Assembly: GCF_037042905.1 (NCBI RefSeq)
Contig: NC_087251.1
Coordinates: 43,712,001-43,776,000 of the forward strand
Source of the DNA: Lytechinus pictus
Taxonomy: Eukaryota
DNA length: 64,000 nt
Reading direction: 5' to 3'
Shown: piece after piece, positions 15,287 to 27,270 of the stretch
Layout: every line of letters begins with the position of its first letter
How positions within the stretch are numbered: the stretch's first letter is position 1
Notes under the pieces: model-generated
The model's database searches: none
Told to the model about the DNA's origin: nothing
The model's input: the letters and a program-made list of their open reading frames with translations, nothing else
Made by a program: the position numbers and the translations under genes

Positions 15287-17767
15287 GGTGGGCTAGCTAC
15301 GCTGTCCCAGTAACAAAGTCATACATCAGCTCCAAGATCAACATGAAAAGTCATAGATAAAATACTGCAGAGATAAAGGGTTCTGCCTATCTCCTTCTGT
15401 TCCTCCTTCTCTTTCCTGGAGCTCAACTTAATATCAGCAATGGGAAGAGAAAACAGGGTTTGTGGTTTTATCTTGAACGGGTAAATTTAAAGCTTAAAAT
15501 CCTGTAATAGTTGCAGGTGTAACCAATACTTCAGCGGGAGAAATCCACTCTATATATCCAAGAAAACTGTATTTGGAGGATGAATGTGTTTCAGAGGGTA
15601 GGTAAACCTCAATTCCTGAAGGGAGTGTAGATTTGCCCTACATTCAAGTCACACACAATCGTCTATTGCTGGTTCCACCAAAACGAGATGAGATATGTCC
15701 AGAGTTTCGCACAAACACACGCAGAGGCAGGGCAGGAGTCTGAGAAAGGCAGAGAGACAGAGAGCAGAAGCTGCGATCAATTTGTAATGCCGTCAACGCG
15801 TAGGATTCTCAGACATCCCTTTTACCGTCAGTGCTTCACCGTATGTCTCCCAAATGCCAAGTGTTAGCCTTTCTACGATGCTAGCTAGCTGCTGTGTAGC
15901 TGCCTCCACCAATACAGTCCCATCCACCATGCAATATACCACTGCTATTTTCTCTTTTTTTACCCTTCTCCAGCATTCACATAATTCATCAGCGAAGCTC
16001 ATTTGCTATCTTCAGAAGGGTAGCGCTGATGAAAGTCATGTATAATATGATGCATGTGTGTGCGTGTGTGTGTGTCAGTGTATAGCTCGTGCTATACCAC
16101 AGCACTGCCTTTTGGTGGAGAAATGCACACTCAGATGTAGACTCACAGAAAAATGCTGCATTTAGCATGCAGGACTCTGGTGCATGTGTGTGTGTGTTTC
16201 TGTGTGTTCTGCTTTTAGCTGCTCCAGGTTTCAGGGGTTCACTTCATTTCAATCAGTCACTTTGTCCTGCAGCAAAGCCCCTGTCCTCAGGTCCACTTCT
16301 CTGGCTGCACAAGAGGAAAAACAAAAACAAATTTCATCATTTCTTTACCTCACCAAGTTGATTATTTCAGGGAGTTAAAAGACAACAGTGTCGATGAAAC
16401 TTCTAGATGTAATTAAATTGCAGGTCTCGGTGGCTGGGACATTTGGTGATTGGGTGGGCGGGCAGAACACATACTGGGAAGGGAGAACGCTTTATCATGG
16501 CTGGCATGTAAAATAGATTCTAGACGCATGTATTTGTAAGATAACATTCTTAAATGTTGTTTACCTTTAAATATACTTACATGTATATACATATATTATA
16601 ATTTTATTTTTAACATAATTTCAAGTTTCCACTTGTAACTAATTTACCATAGCATTGCTTTTTATTAAAACGATCCAAAAATGTCAGAACATTTCAAATT
16701 TACTGAATTGGGAAAATTAGTGATGATTATTATGCAAGCATATACATGGAGCTTATGCTATTATTGTCAAACAAAAATTCAAGACATAAAATGAGATTTA
16801 CATGCAATTTGTAAATAAATATTATAGAGATATTTATCTCTCTCTCTCTCACACACACACACACTCGTGCTTTCTACCTCTCTTCCTTTTTCACTCCCTT
16901 TCTCCATGATATTCAAGATCTAGTCTCTCCTAATAGTTTCTTATTTTACCTTATCTCTATACCTTATGTATTTTAATTTACATCTTTAAAAAAATAAAGT
17001 TTTTTATAAATGTATATAAAGAAACTAATTCAGCTAAATAAAAAACATTCAAATCTTAAAAGAATCAATCAATAAATGTTTCACACAAAAATTAACAGTA
17101 ATTCAATGTTAACTTTGGCAATCTGTAATCCAATTCTTTCTCAATCTATTAAAGCAAAAATAGAAACTTTTGTAATCAACCATAAATATTTGAAATATTC
17201 TGCTGATGTCATATTTTGCATTCATATTGCTCCTATTATTTCTCATTAAGTATTGCTTTTTTCTTGCAATTTTATCAGTAAAATATTTGTACAATTCAGC
17301 TTATACTGCAAACCAATCTTGAAATAAAATACCATTATTATTAAGAAAGAGCGATCTAAATTCTAAAGTTAGAAATAGTCTTAGAAGCAATAGTCCATTA
17401 GCGCTTACTAGTTCTATAGTCAGCTGCAGACCCAGCATTTTTCTAAAGGGGATGCATTTTGTTCCCCCAAACTAAAACCAGCACATCAATGATGTGGAGC
17501 TCATCCGGCATTTCACAACAAATTTAACACAATTTTTAAATTCAGCCCCAGTTGACACTGTAGTGAATTACATTGGTGACATAACTTGAGGAAACAGAAT
17601 TGAAATTGAGGAAGAAATGACAAAGAAGAAGCATATTTTGTGATTTATGAATAAATTTTGTATAAATCAGCATTAAATAATTTTCTGGTCAAAATTTCTA
17701 AATTCTGTGTAAAACCTTGGTGAACCTCATGTAGCTCTCAGATGGAACAAAAAAATCAAAATCAGTC

Positions 17768-19306
17768 AACTAGAGATGCTCGGCGGGTCGCGCGGCCGAG
17801 CATATGTATCCCCCGAACCCACCGCGTCATCCATCATTGCGATATATAGAGCACACACAGAAATTTGACAAATAATACAATTGTCATGGCGACAATGACC
17901 CTGCCCACATTTTGCCTGTGGGTACCAAATTTGATGACAATAATATGACGTAGCAGCGTGACTCTGCAGAACCTAAAGTATTGTCTAGTATCACCTGTTG
18001 GGGAATACAATCATAAAGTAATCTATTTTGTAAACTTAACCCTAGGCCCCCAACCCAAAATGATTCGCTTCACTTTCTAATATTGCTTCTGTGTGCCAAC
18101 TGTTATGACAAACTGGAAAAAAAGCAGAAGTTACAGGTTTTACCAAATTTTCCACAAAAATATGGTTACCATGGCAACCATGTCTCCACCCACTCCAAAA
18201 TCATTAGGCAGCTTCGCTTTACCATAATGGACCTTCATGCCACATTTGAAGATGATCAGAGAAGAAATGCAGCTGGTAGAGCGCTCACAAGGATATCTCT
18301 GCTATTTCCACAAAAACTCGTTACCATGGCAACGATGTCTCCGCCCACACTAAAATCAATAGGCGGCTTTGCTTTACCATAATGGACCTTCATGCCACAT
18401 TTGAAGATGTTCGGAGAAGAAATGCAGCTGGTAGAGCGCTCACAAGGACGTCTCTGCTATTCCACAAAAACTCGTTACCATGGCAACAATGTCTCCGCCC
18501 ACACTAAAATCAATAGGCGGCTTTACTTTACCATAATGGACCTTCATGCCACATTTGAAGATGATCGGAGAAGAAAGGCAGCTGGTAGAGCGCTCACAAG
18601 GACATCTCTGCTATTTCCACAAAAACTCGTTACCATGGCAACGATGTCTCCACCCACACTAAAATCAATAGGCGGCTTTGCTTTACCATAATGGACCTTC
18701 ATGCCACATTTGAAGATGTTCGGAGAAGAAATGCAGCTGGTAGAGCGCTCACAAGGACGTCTCTGCTATTCCACAAAAACTATTGTTACCATGGCAACGA
18801 TGTCTCCGCCCACACCAAAATCCATAGGCGGCTTCGCTTTACCATAATGGACCTTCATGCTACATTTGAAGATGATCGGTGAAGAAATGCAGCTGGTAGA
18901 GCGCTCACAAGGACATCTCTGCTATTTCCACAAAAACTCTTGTTACCATGGCAACGATGTCTACGCCCACATTAAAATCGATAGGCGGCTTTGCTATACC
19001 ATACTCAACCTTCATGCCAAATTTGAAGATAATCGGAGAAGAAATGCAGCTGGTAGAGCGCTCACAAGGACATCTCTGCTATTTCCACAAAAACTCTTGT
19101 TACCATGGCAACGATGTCTACGCCCACATTAAAATCGATAGGCGGCTTTGCTATACCATACTCAACCTTCATGCCAAATTTGAAGATAATCGGAGAAGAA
19201 ATGCAGCTGATAGAGCGCTCACAAGGAAATCTCGGAGGCGGCGGCGGACGTGGCGCGACGAGGCCAAATCCATAGTATCCTCCGAACTCTGTTCGGGGGA
19301 TACAAA
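17768..19306 (-). mobile_element. Helentron/DINE-1-like element carrying an about 156-bp tandem array
   Basis: GTATCCCCCGAAC subterminal IRs, hairpin ATGCTCGG...CCGAGCAT, 3' end CTAGTT, (GGC)n tract. Confidence 0.8.
18164..19226. repeat. Tandem array, about 7 units of 154-157 bp
   Basis: GTTACCATGGCAAC recurs at about 18164, 18320, 18474, 18629, 18785, 18942 and 19099. Confidence 0.95.
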
Positions 19307-19603
19307 TAAATAAGAATAATTTTTTGTGAGTTTTGAAAAATGTGCATAAATTAGCATATTTAATGAGTTTCAAAATTCTGTGTGGAAATTTAGTATCCCC
19401 ACCTAGAGCTTTCATAAAGTAAAAAAAAAAAGAAATTGATCAACAAATGAAAGAGAAAAAGTATTTTTTGTGATTTATGAATAAATTTTGCATTAATTAG
19501 CATAATTTTCTAGTCAAAATTTCAAAAGTTTGTGTGGAAGTTTGGTGACCCTCATGTAACCCTACCAGATGGATGAAAAAAAAATCAAAATTGGTCAACA
19601 AAT

Positions 19604-20055
19604 ATGACCTACCACCCCAAAACCACCAATAAGTCGCCAGGTAAGGTTCTCTGTAAATGGCCAAAATTGTAATTTAGTCTAAAAAAAAACAAAATTTAAA
19701 AAATAGCTTATCCGAAAGAGCAATTCTTCTTCTTTATACTGTAAAAATTTGAAATCGTGAAGTTGAATAAAAGAAAAGATACACTAATTTCTTGGACACT
19801 ACTTTTTCGGACTGCTTGGAAGTTTCACTGCACATCTCATGCTCGAGTGAACCCCAAACTTTAAAACTTGTTTTCTCCTTATTTTTTAAGCTCTTGCTGA
19901 ATTTCCTCTGCATTCAATCAAGTACTTGTAGTGGTTATTGTTGGTCAATTTATATAATATATCATTTTGAAGATTAGGAAGGGAATTTTCAAGCTCAATA
20001 AAAATCTCAATATTCATCTTGGTCGACTTATTGTTGGTTTTTGGTGGCAGGTCAC
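19604..20055. mobile_element. Sola1-like MITE
   Basis: About 35-bp TIRs ending GGTCAC, 4-bp AAAT TSD (AWWT is the Sola1 signature); relative at 58760. Confidence 0.75.
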
Positions 20056-20904
20056 AAATAAAGAAGTAGAAGCATTTTTTTTTATTATGAATAAAATTTG
20101 CATACATTAATAATTTTCTAGTCAAAATTTTAAAATTCTGTGTACAAGTTGGGTGAACCTCATGAAGCTCTCCCAGATGGAAGAACAAAATCAAAATCGG
20201 TCAACAAATAAAGCAGAAGCATTTTATGTGATTTTTTTAAATATACATAAATTACTAGCATAAAAATTGTTCTAGTCAAAAATTCAAAATTCTGTGTAGA
20301 AGTTTGGTGACCTCATAAAGCTTTACCAGATAGAAGCAAAAAAATCAAAATTGGTTAACAATAAAGAAGTTTGTGAATTTCGAATGTGCATAAATTAGCA
20401 TATTTAATGAGTTTTGAAATTCTGTGTAGAAATTTTGAATCCCCCACCTAGTACTATCATATAAAGCAATCAGAATTGAAAATCGGACTTGAAATGACGA
20501 AGAAGAAGCATTTTGAAATTGAGGACGGATGACAGATGGCGGACGCCATGCTACGGCATGAAGCTCATCTGGCCCTTCGGGCCGGATGAGCAAAAAAGTC
20601 ATCACTCACAAATCAACACATTTTAGATTCTTGTCTTTTTGTTGTTGCAATTTTATTGGGTGCACCCCATGGGAAAAAATTACACAGGGGTTCTGGAAGA
20701 AATTGTCCCCAAAAGCCCCAGAGAGCCATGGAAAAATAAAAAAGGGGCCCCTGACTGAAATTCCTATAGGGACCAATGTACATGTAAACTGTAAGTACTG
20801 GTAATACAATGTAGCAAAATCATAATGGTGAGCACCAGAAAACAATAACTGATATTTTGCTTGGAGCTTCTGAACGTACGGACCCTCCCCCTCCCCTGGA
20901 TTGG

Positions 20905-20935
20905 CAGTATTATTTTTTATTATTGTTAGTAGTAA

Positions 20936-20968
<33 letters not shown>

Positions 20969-21009
20969 CAGCAGCAGCAGCAGTAGAAGTAGAAGTAGAA
21001 GTAGTAGTG

Positions 21010-21090
<81 letters not shown>

Positions 21091-21167
21091 TTTTTTATTA
21101 TTAGTAGTAGTAGTAGTATTTTTTAGTAGTAGTAGTAGTTGTAGTAGTAGTAGCAGCAGCAGCAGAA

Positions 21168-21198
<31 letters not shown>

Positions 21199-21215
21199 CA
21201 GCAGTAGAAGTAGAA

Positions 21216-21266
<51 letters not shown>

Positions 21267-21286
21267 TTTTTTATTATTGTTAGTAA

Positions 21287-21319
<33 letters not shown>

Positions 21320-21396
21320 CAGCAGTAGAAGTAGAAGTAGAAGTAGAAGTAGCAGTAGCAGTAGTAGTAGTAGCAGCAGTAGAAGTAGAAGTAGAA

Positions 21397-21450
<54 letters not shown>

Positions 21451-21517
21451 TTTTTTATTATTGTTAGTAATAGTAGTAGTAGTAGTAGTAGCAGCAGTAG
21501 AAGTAGAAGTAGAAGTG

Positions 21518-21551
<34 letters not shown>

Positions 21552-21552
21552 C
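20905..21552. repeat. Compound (AGT)n/(AGC)n/(AGAAGT)n microsatellite with higher-order structure
   Basis: Direct inspection. Confidence 0.97.
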
Positions 21553-21734
21553 CCGGCTATTATCCCAGCCCTGCCAGCATACAGGTACAAGCATTTCAAG
21601 AAAATAACATTCCTGACAATATACCCATTCACTACACCTGGGCCGAGTGCAGCACAATGTAGACAAATTTCTTGCCTGGAATACAAATGCATGACTCTTT
21701 GACAGAAAGGCAAGAGTAAGAACTACCACACCTT

Positions 21735-21890
21735 GGGCCCGTTGCATAAAACTTTTTACCTGAGAAAACTCGGGTTGTTTTTACCGGAGTTTTTGCCCTG
21801 TGTTAAGTCAATGGCAGAAATCAGACTTACCTTAGTTTTCAGTTTTTACCAGAGATTTCTCAAGTAAAAAGTTTTATGGAACAGGCCCCT
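21735..21890. mobile_element. Short palindromic MITE
   Basis: GGGCCCGTTGCATAAAACTTTTTAC...GTAAAAAGTTTTATGGAACAGGCCC. Confidence 0.75.
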
Positions 21891-23800
21891 TGATGCTCCC
21901 ATACTGACCTTTATGACAGGTACAGTATTCTACTTCCAAAACAATCAAAAAGGCCAGTGAATAAAGTTCTCTTTTGGTATGGTATAAACTTCATATACCA
22001 TCCCCTAATACCATTGAGAGGTAAAATCTGCTCAATTGAAAGAATGAATCTACAAAATGAATGCTACTGAAAGGAGAAGGGGGCAGTATGTACAAGTGAT
22101 GACAGAAGAAGGTCATGGCCTGTTGGGGATGGTGAACCTATTAAACTTCTATCACTCTCAGATTATAGAGAGAAAAAACACACACACACATACCACATTA
22201 AAGAGGAAGCTTGCCTTGAGATTTGTTTGAATAAAATCAGTACAACAAAAGAAACATACCATACACTGTACCTCAAGTTTTGGCAGAAATCCATTTAAAG
22301 ACGAAATCAGAGTTTTTGGATTTTTAAAGCTTTAATCATGTGTCACCACAAGCCAGCAACTCCCTGGTGTGTCATGTAATATAAACTCTCAGAAATCGAA
22401 AATAATTTTACTTCATTCAATATGTCATCAGTTAGACACACCATTTGAAACCCACAATAAGACAAATATTTTCAGTCATTATGAAGCATGAAAAGAAAGG
22501 AATTCATGGGCATTGTGCATAATGTGTTAAACACAAACACCATGATTCTCTTACCTTTTGAAAAATTATTTTCTTTTTGTAAAACCTTCACCAAAACTTC
22601 ATCTTTTTGTTGTTGCTTTGCTTTGCTTTTATGAATATCACCTAAGGATGAACATGTCTGCAAACAATAACCTTTAGCTTTCACTGATCAATATGGATCA
22701 ATATGGATTATAAGATCAGTGACCCTTCTTAAAGACTGGATAATTTATCCATACCAACTCTGAAAAAGGACTCTAAACTTTTAATTACAGATTCTGAAAA
22801 GGCTGTAGCACTTGCTAATCATTTTAACTCAGTCTTTACGATTGAAAAAGATGACTGCATCCCATTCATGCTAAGTAAATTCCCCGCTATGGATGACATC
22901 AAGATTAGACAAGGTGTTCCGAAGCTTCTCAAAAACTTAGACACTAGTAAAGCTGCTGGTCCTGACGAGATCACTGCCAGGATTCTGAAAGAATCAGCAG
23001 AGGAATTAGCTCCAATTCTGACATCACTGTTCCAACAATACCTGGACACAGGGATTCTCCCAGATGACTGGCTCTTTATTAATATTAGTAAACATAACAT
23101 CAATCTTCAAGAAGGGGTCTAGAGAAAATCCTGAAAACTAAAGTCCTGTTTCCCTCACATCAATAATGTGTAAGCTTTTGGAACATATATACTTCACTCT
23201 CAGATCAGCAAACACCTTGATAAGCATAAAATCTTGACCCCGTTGCAACATGGTTTTCGGAAGGGACATTCATGTGTCACTCAGTTGATTTAGGTTGTCA
23301 ATGATTGGTCGGAAGGAATTGACAACTCGCAACAAATCGATGCTGCAATTTTGGACTTCACCAAAGCCTTTGACTGCGTGCCTCACAAAAAATTACACCA
23401 TTATGGCATTAGAAATAAAGTTTTGAACTGGATTAATATGTTCTTGACCCAGCGACAACAACGTGTTATCATCAATGGGGTAACCACAAAATGGCACCCA
23501 GTAATATCCAGGGTCCCACAAGGGACTGTATTAGGCCCACTGTTATTTTAAATCTACATCAACGACATTGTAGAAGAGCTTCAGTACAATGTACGACTGT
23601 GGACGACTGCATCTTATACACCACCGTATCAAGTGTTCAGGATTGTTTCAGGCTCCGAAAGGATCTTGACGTTGTTTGTCAATGGGCTTTTAAGTGGCAG
23701 ATGACCTTAACCCTAAGAAGTTCAAATTTACTAACATTTATATTGTTTGCTGACGATTCGAACATTTTCTTTTCCCATGATAACGTAATCCAACTTGAAA

Positions 23801-24276
23801 CTTCCTTTGCCACTTTTCCCTCCCTATTATGATTTTGTAAGTACTTTTTTTTTGTGTTACCACTTTAATTATTATTATTTGAATTACTTTCTCTTATTTT
23901 TGTTGTCGCTTATTCGTTTTATTTTGATATTTGTGGATTACTTGTTTTAAGTTTGTCTTCTGTGTCCGTCTCGATTTTTGTATAGTTATATAGTTTGTTT
24001 ATAATTAGTATTGAAACTAAGTTTAGGGGCTTGCCTTCTCTACAAGCTTTTGCTTTTCTTGGCAAGCCCCTCCGTTCATTTCTTGTTTCTTTTCATTGAT
24101 AATATTACTGCAACAAATTGTAGTTTTGTTTAATTTATATTCAACATTTGTTACGAAATTTCATTGATTTGTCTGTATTATCGATTATATTGAATATGTA
24201 TTGTTACTTTGATTATATTTTGAAAAAATTGTTGAACGGAAATAAAATCTAAATCTAAAAAAAAAAAAAAAAAAAA
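23801..24276 (+). mobile_element. 3'UTR-only LINE-B-family insertion with poly(A)
   Basis: Homologous to about 34840-35310; A-tail of about 20 nt; GAAA duplicated at 23797-23800 and 24277-24280. Confidence 0.85.
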
Positions 24277-26084
24277 GAAAGAATTGTAAAGTCAGAATTC
24301 ATACGTGTCACTGAATGGATCAAGACGAATAAACTATGACTATGATCTACATCAACGACATTGTAGAAGAGCTTCAGTACAATGTACGACTGTGGACGAC
24401 TGCATCTTATACACCACCGTATCAAGTGTTCAGGATTGTTTCAGGCTCCAAAATAGTGGAGCGGTTATGTGACAAAAAATGGCCAAGATGCTCGGATCTG
24501 GCAGAAAGTGTAAAAATTGGCATACAGAGGTATTTTTGGGCGCTGATTTCAAAAATTGCCGGCCCCAAGCGATTTGACCAGCGGGTCGGCCGCCATTTTG
24601 AAATCCAAGATGGCCGCCATGAAAAATCATTAAATGTCATTTTCTTGAGTTTTACATGGCATGTGACACTGAAATTTGGCATATAGGGGTATTTTGAGGC
24701 ACTGATTTCAAATATTGCCGGCCCCCAGCAATTTGACCATTTGGCCGGCGGCAAAATGGCCGCCATCTTAAAATCCAAGATGGCCGCCATGATATATTAT
24801 TGCAATCATTTTTTCGAGTTTTATATGAACTGCGGTATTGAAATTTGGCATATAGGCTTAATTCGGGTTGCTGATTTCAAATATTGCCGGCCCCAAGTGA
24901 TTTGACCATCGGGTCGGCCGCCATTTTGAAATCCAAGATGGCCGCCATGAGAAATCTTTAATGTCATTTTTATGAGTTTTACATGACGTGTGACACTGAA
25001 ATTTGGCATATAGGGGTATTTTTAGGCACTGATTTCAAATATTGCCAGCCCCCAGCAATTTGACCATTTGGCCGGCGGCAAAATGGCCGCCATCTTGAAA
25101 TCCAAGATGGCCGCCATGATATATTATTGCAATCATTTTCTCGAGTTTTATATGAACTGCGGTATTGAAATTTGGCATATAGGCTTAATTTGGGGTGCTG
25201 ATTTCAAATATTGCCAGCCCCAAGTGATTTGACTATCGGGTCGGCCGCCATTTTGAAATCCAAGATGGCCGCCATGAAAAATCATTAAATGTCATTTTCT
25301 TGAGTTTTACATGACGTGTGACACTGAAATTTGGCATATAGGGGTATTTTTAGGCACTGATTTCAAATATTGCCGGCACCCAGCAATTTGACAATTTGGT
25401 CGGCGGCAAAATGGCCGCCATTTTGAAATCCAAGATGGCCGCCATGAAAAATCATTAAATGTCATTTTCTTGAGTTTTACATGATAGGCGACACTGAAAT
25501 TTGGCATATACGGGTATTTTGAGGCACTGATTTAAAAAATAGCCGTCCCCCAGCAATTTGACCTCCAGGTCAGCAGCAAAACAGCCGCCATCTTAAAATC
25601 CAAGATGGTCGCCTTGATAGATAATTTGCTCAAGTCTTACGTATGGCCTGTAACACTTTAAATTTGGAAAAAAACTTGATCTTTGCATCCTTGATCAATG
25701 AAAAGAACATAGTAAATAGATGCTATTTTGAATTCCAATATGGTTACCAAGTTTGAATGATGTTCAACATTATAATGGTGAGTAAACATATGTATTATCA
25801 GTCAAAAGAGAAGAAAATAAGCTTTCTTTTGGCGTCCGAGTTGCTTTCTACACGTGTGTTAAGTTCGACGGCATCGCCCACAACTGAGATTTCCCTGTGA
25901 TCTCCATAGACTTCTTTCGAATCCAGTAATGTTCATCCAATTTATGGCAGCCATCTTGAAATCAAAGATGGCTGCCATAAAAAAATCATTAAAAAAAATC
26001 AAGTATCATAATTATAATGTAGGTATTATTTTAAAATTTGGCATTTTTGAATAACCATCGTGTGTTCGACAATCTGACAATGGG

Positions 26085-26800
26085 AGCATGTTCGCCTCAC
26101 AATCGGGAGATCGGGAGTTCAAGCTCCGACAGCATCAGACCAAAAGATGTTAGAAAAGGGGAGCTGCTTCTAACCTGTTTGGCGGTCAACGAATTAAAGG
26201 GGAAGTTCGACCTGACAAAAAGTTTATTGAAACAATAACAGAATAAGTAATGAAAAAAAAATATTGAAGGTTTGAGGAAATTCCATCAAATATTTAAAAA
26301 GCTATTGGAATTTCATTTGGTGCATTTGTGACGTCAGATGCAAGCAGTTCCCCCATGTTTCTTATAGTACAAAAATCAATGAAATGTACCCTCCTCAAAA
26401 AATGAAAATGTTTTTTTATTGGACCCTCAGTATATCAACAAACTAATGATTTCACACCCGCTCCAGAAAGAAAAAAAAATACCCATGATGAACCATTTAT
26501 GCATTTTATATCACACAACATAATGGGAAAGCTGCTCGTACAGTAGCCTATATGACGTCACAAATCAAAAACTTAAAATTCTAATATCTTTGATGGATCC
26601 ACCAATATCTTTTTTATATCATATTTTCTTTTGTTTTTACAACAAACTTTTCTCTGGGGTGAACTCCCTTTTTAAAGGATAGAGCAACGTCCGATGTCGC
26701 GCTGCTAAGTTGCTGCCGGGCTCACGATCTACAGGGTATGGGCAAAATCAATTTTCGGAGCATTTCTGTTACTGAATTCTATTTTGAACAATAAAATATG
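26085..26800 (+). mobile_element. Degenerate tRNA-derived SINE interrupted at its TTAA by a Kolobok-like MITE (about 26198-26670)
   Basis: 26085-26197 and 26675-26800 align to consecutive parts of the SINE at 61378; the insert has AGGGGAAGTTC...GAACTCCCTT ends. Confidence 0.75.
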
Positions 26801-26939
26801 TATTATTATCATCCATTATAAATATTAATTTCATTTCATCATCATCATCATCATCATACTACTATATAACCATCAGTACTTCAAGTCTGGAGCAGTTTTC
26901 TTCATGTTGATTTGTAATAAAATATTCAATCAATCAATT

Positions 26940-27270
26940 CTTTTATTTCATTTCCATTCAGAAAACATAATACAAAGTAATATAAAGTAATACAAATCAA
27001 GTACAATTTTACAGAAGGGCATTCTTACTTCGTAAAAAAAACAAAACAGAAAAAACAGTATAATATAGAGCATAAATGGAAATGAGGGGGATCCACTAAA
27101 AAGCAAAGCTTGTAAAGTGTGGATCCCCCTTGGAAATGAAAAAAGTATAGTAGACTTATTCTGATATGCGTACATAATTATATGTATTACAGGAAAGAAA
27201 AAGAGAACAAAAGAAATCATACGGATGCAAATATAATTACTGAACTAATGCAAAGCTTTTCACACAAATA
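26940..27270 (-). mobile_element. Diverged LINE 3'UTR fragment (LINE-B relative)
   Basis: Same loop TACAAGCTTTGCTTTT within a G/C stem (27085-27130), followed by a GGAAATGAAATAAA-like end on the minus strand. Confidence 0.65.

Larger units (their letters stand above)
17470..20597 (-). mobile_element. Helentron/DINE-1-like non-autonomous element (host of two nested insertions)
   Basis: GCTCATCCGGC subterminal IR at 17499-17509 and 20581-20591, terminal hairpins, GTCC-type microsatellite, internal tandem repeats, T-run ends and no TSD; Crypton is an alternative classification. Confidence 0.7.

Noticed and set aside
18164..19226. CRISPR-like array
   Set aside because: Units are homologous over their whole length with no unique spacers; no cas genes; eukaryotic context
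20857..21747. Poly-V/S/L/T/Y ORFs
   Set aside because: (AGT)n microsatellite translations
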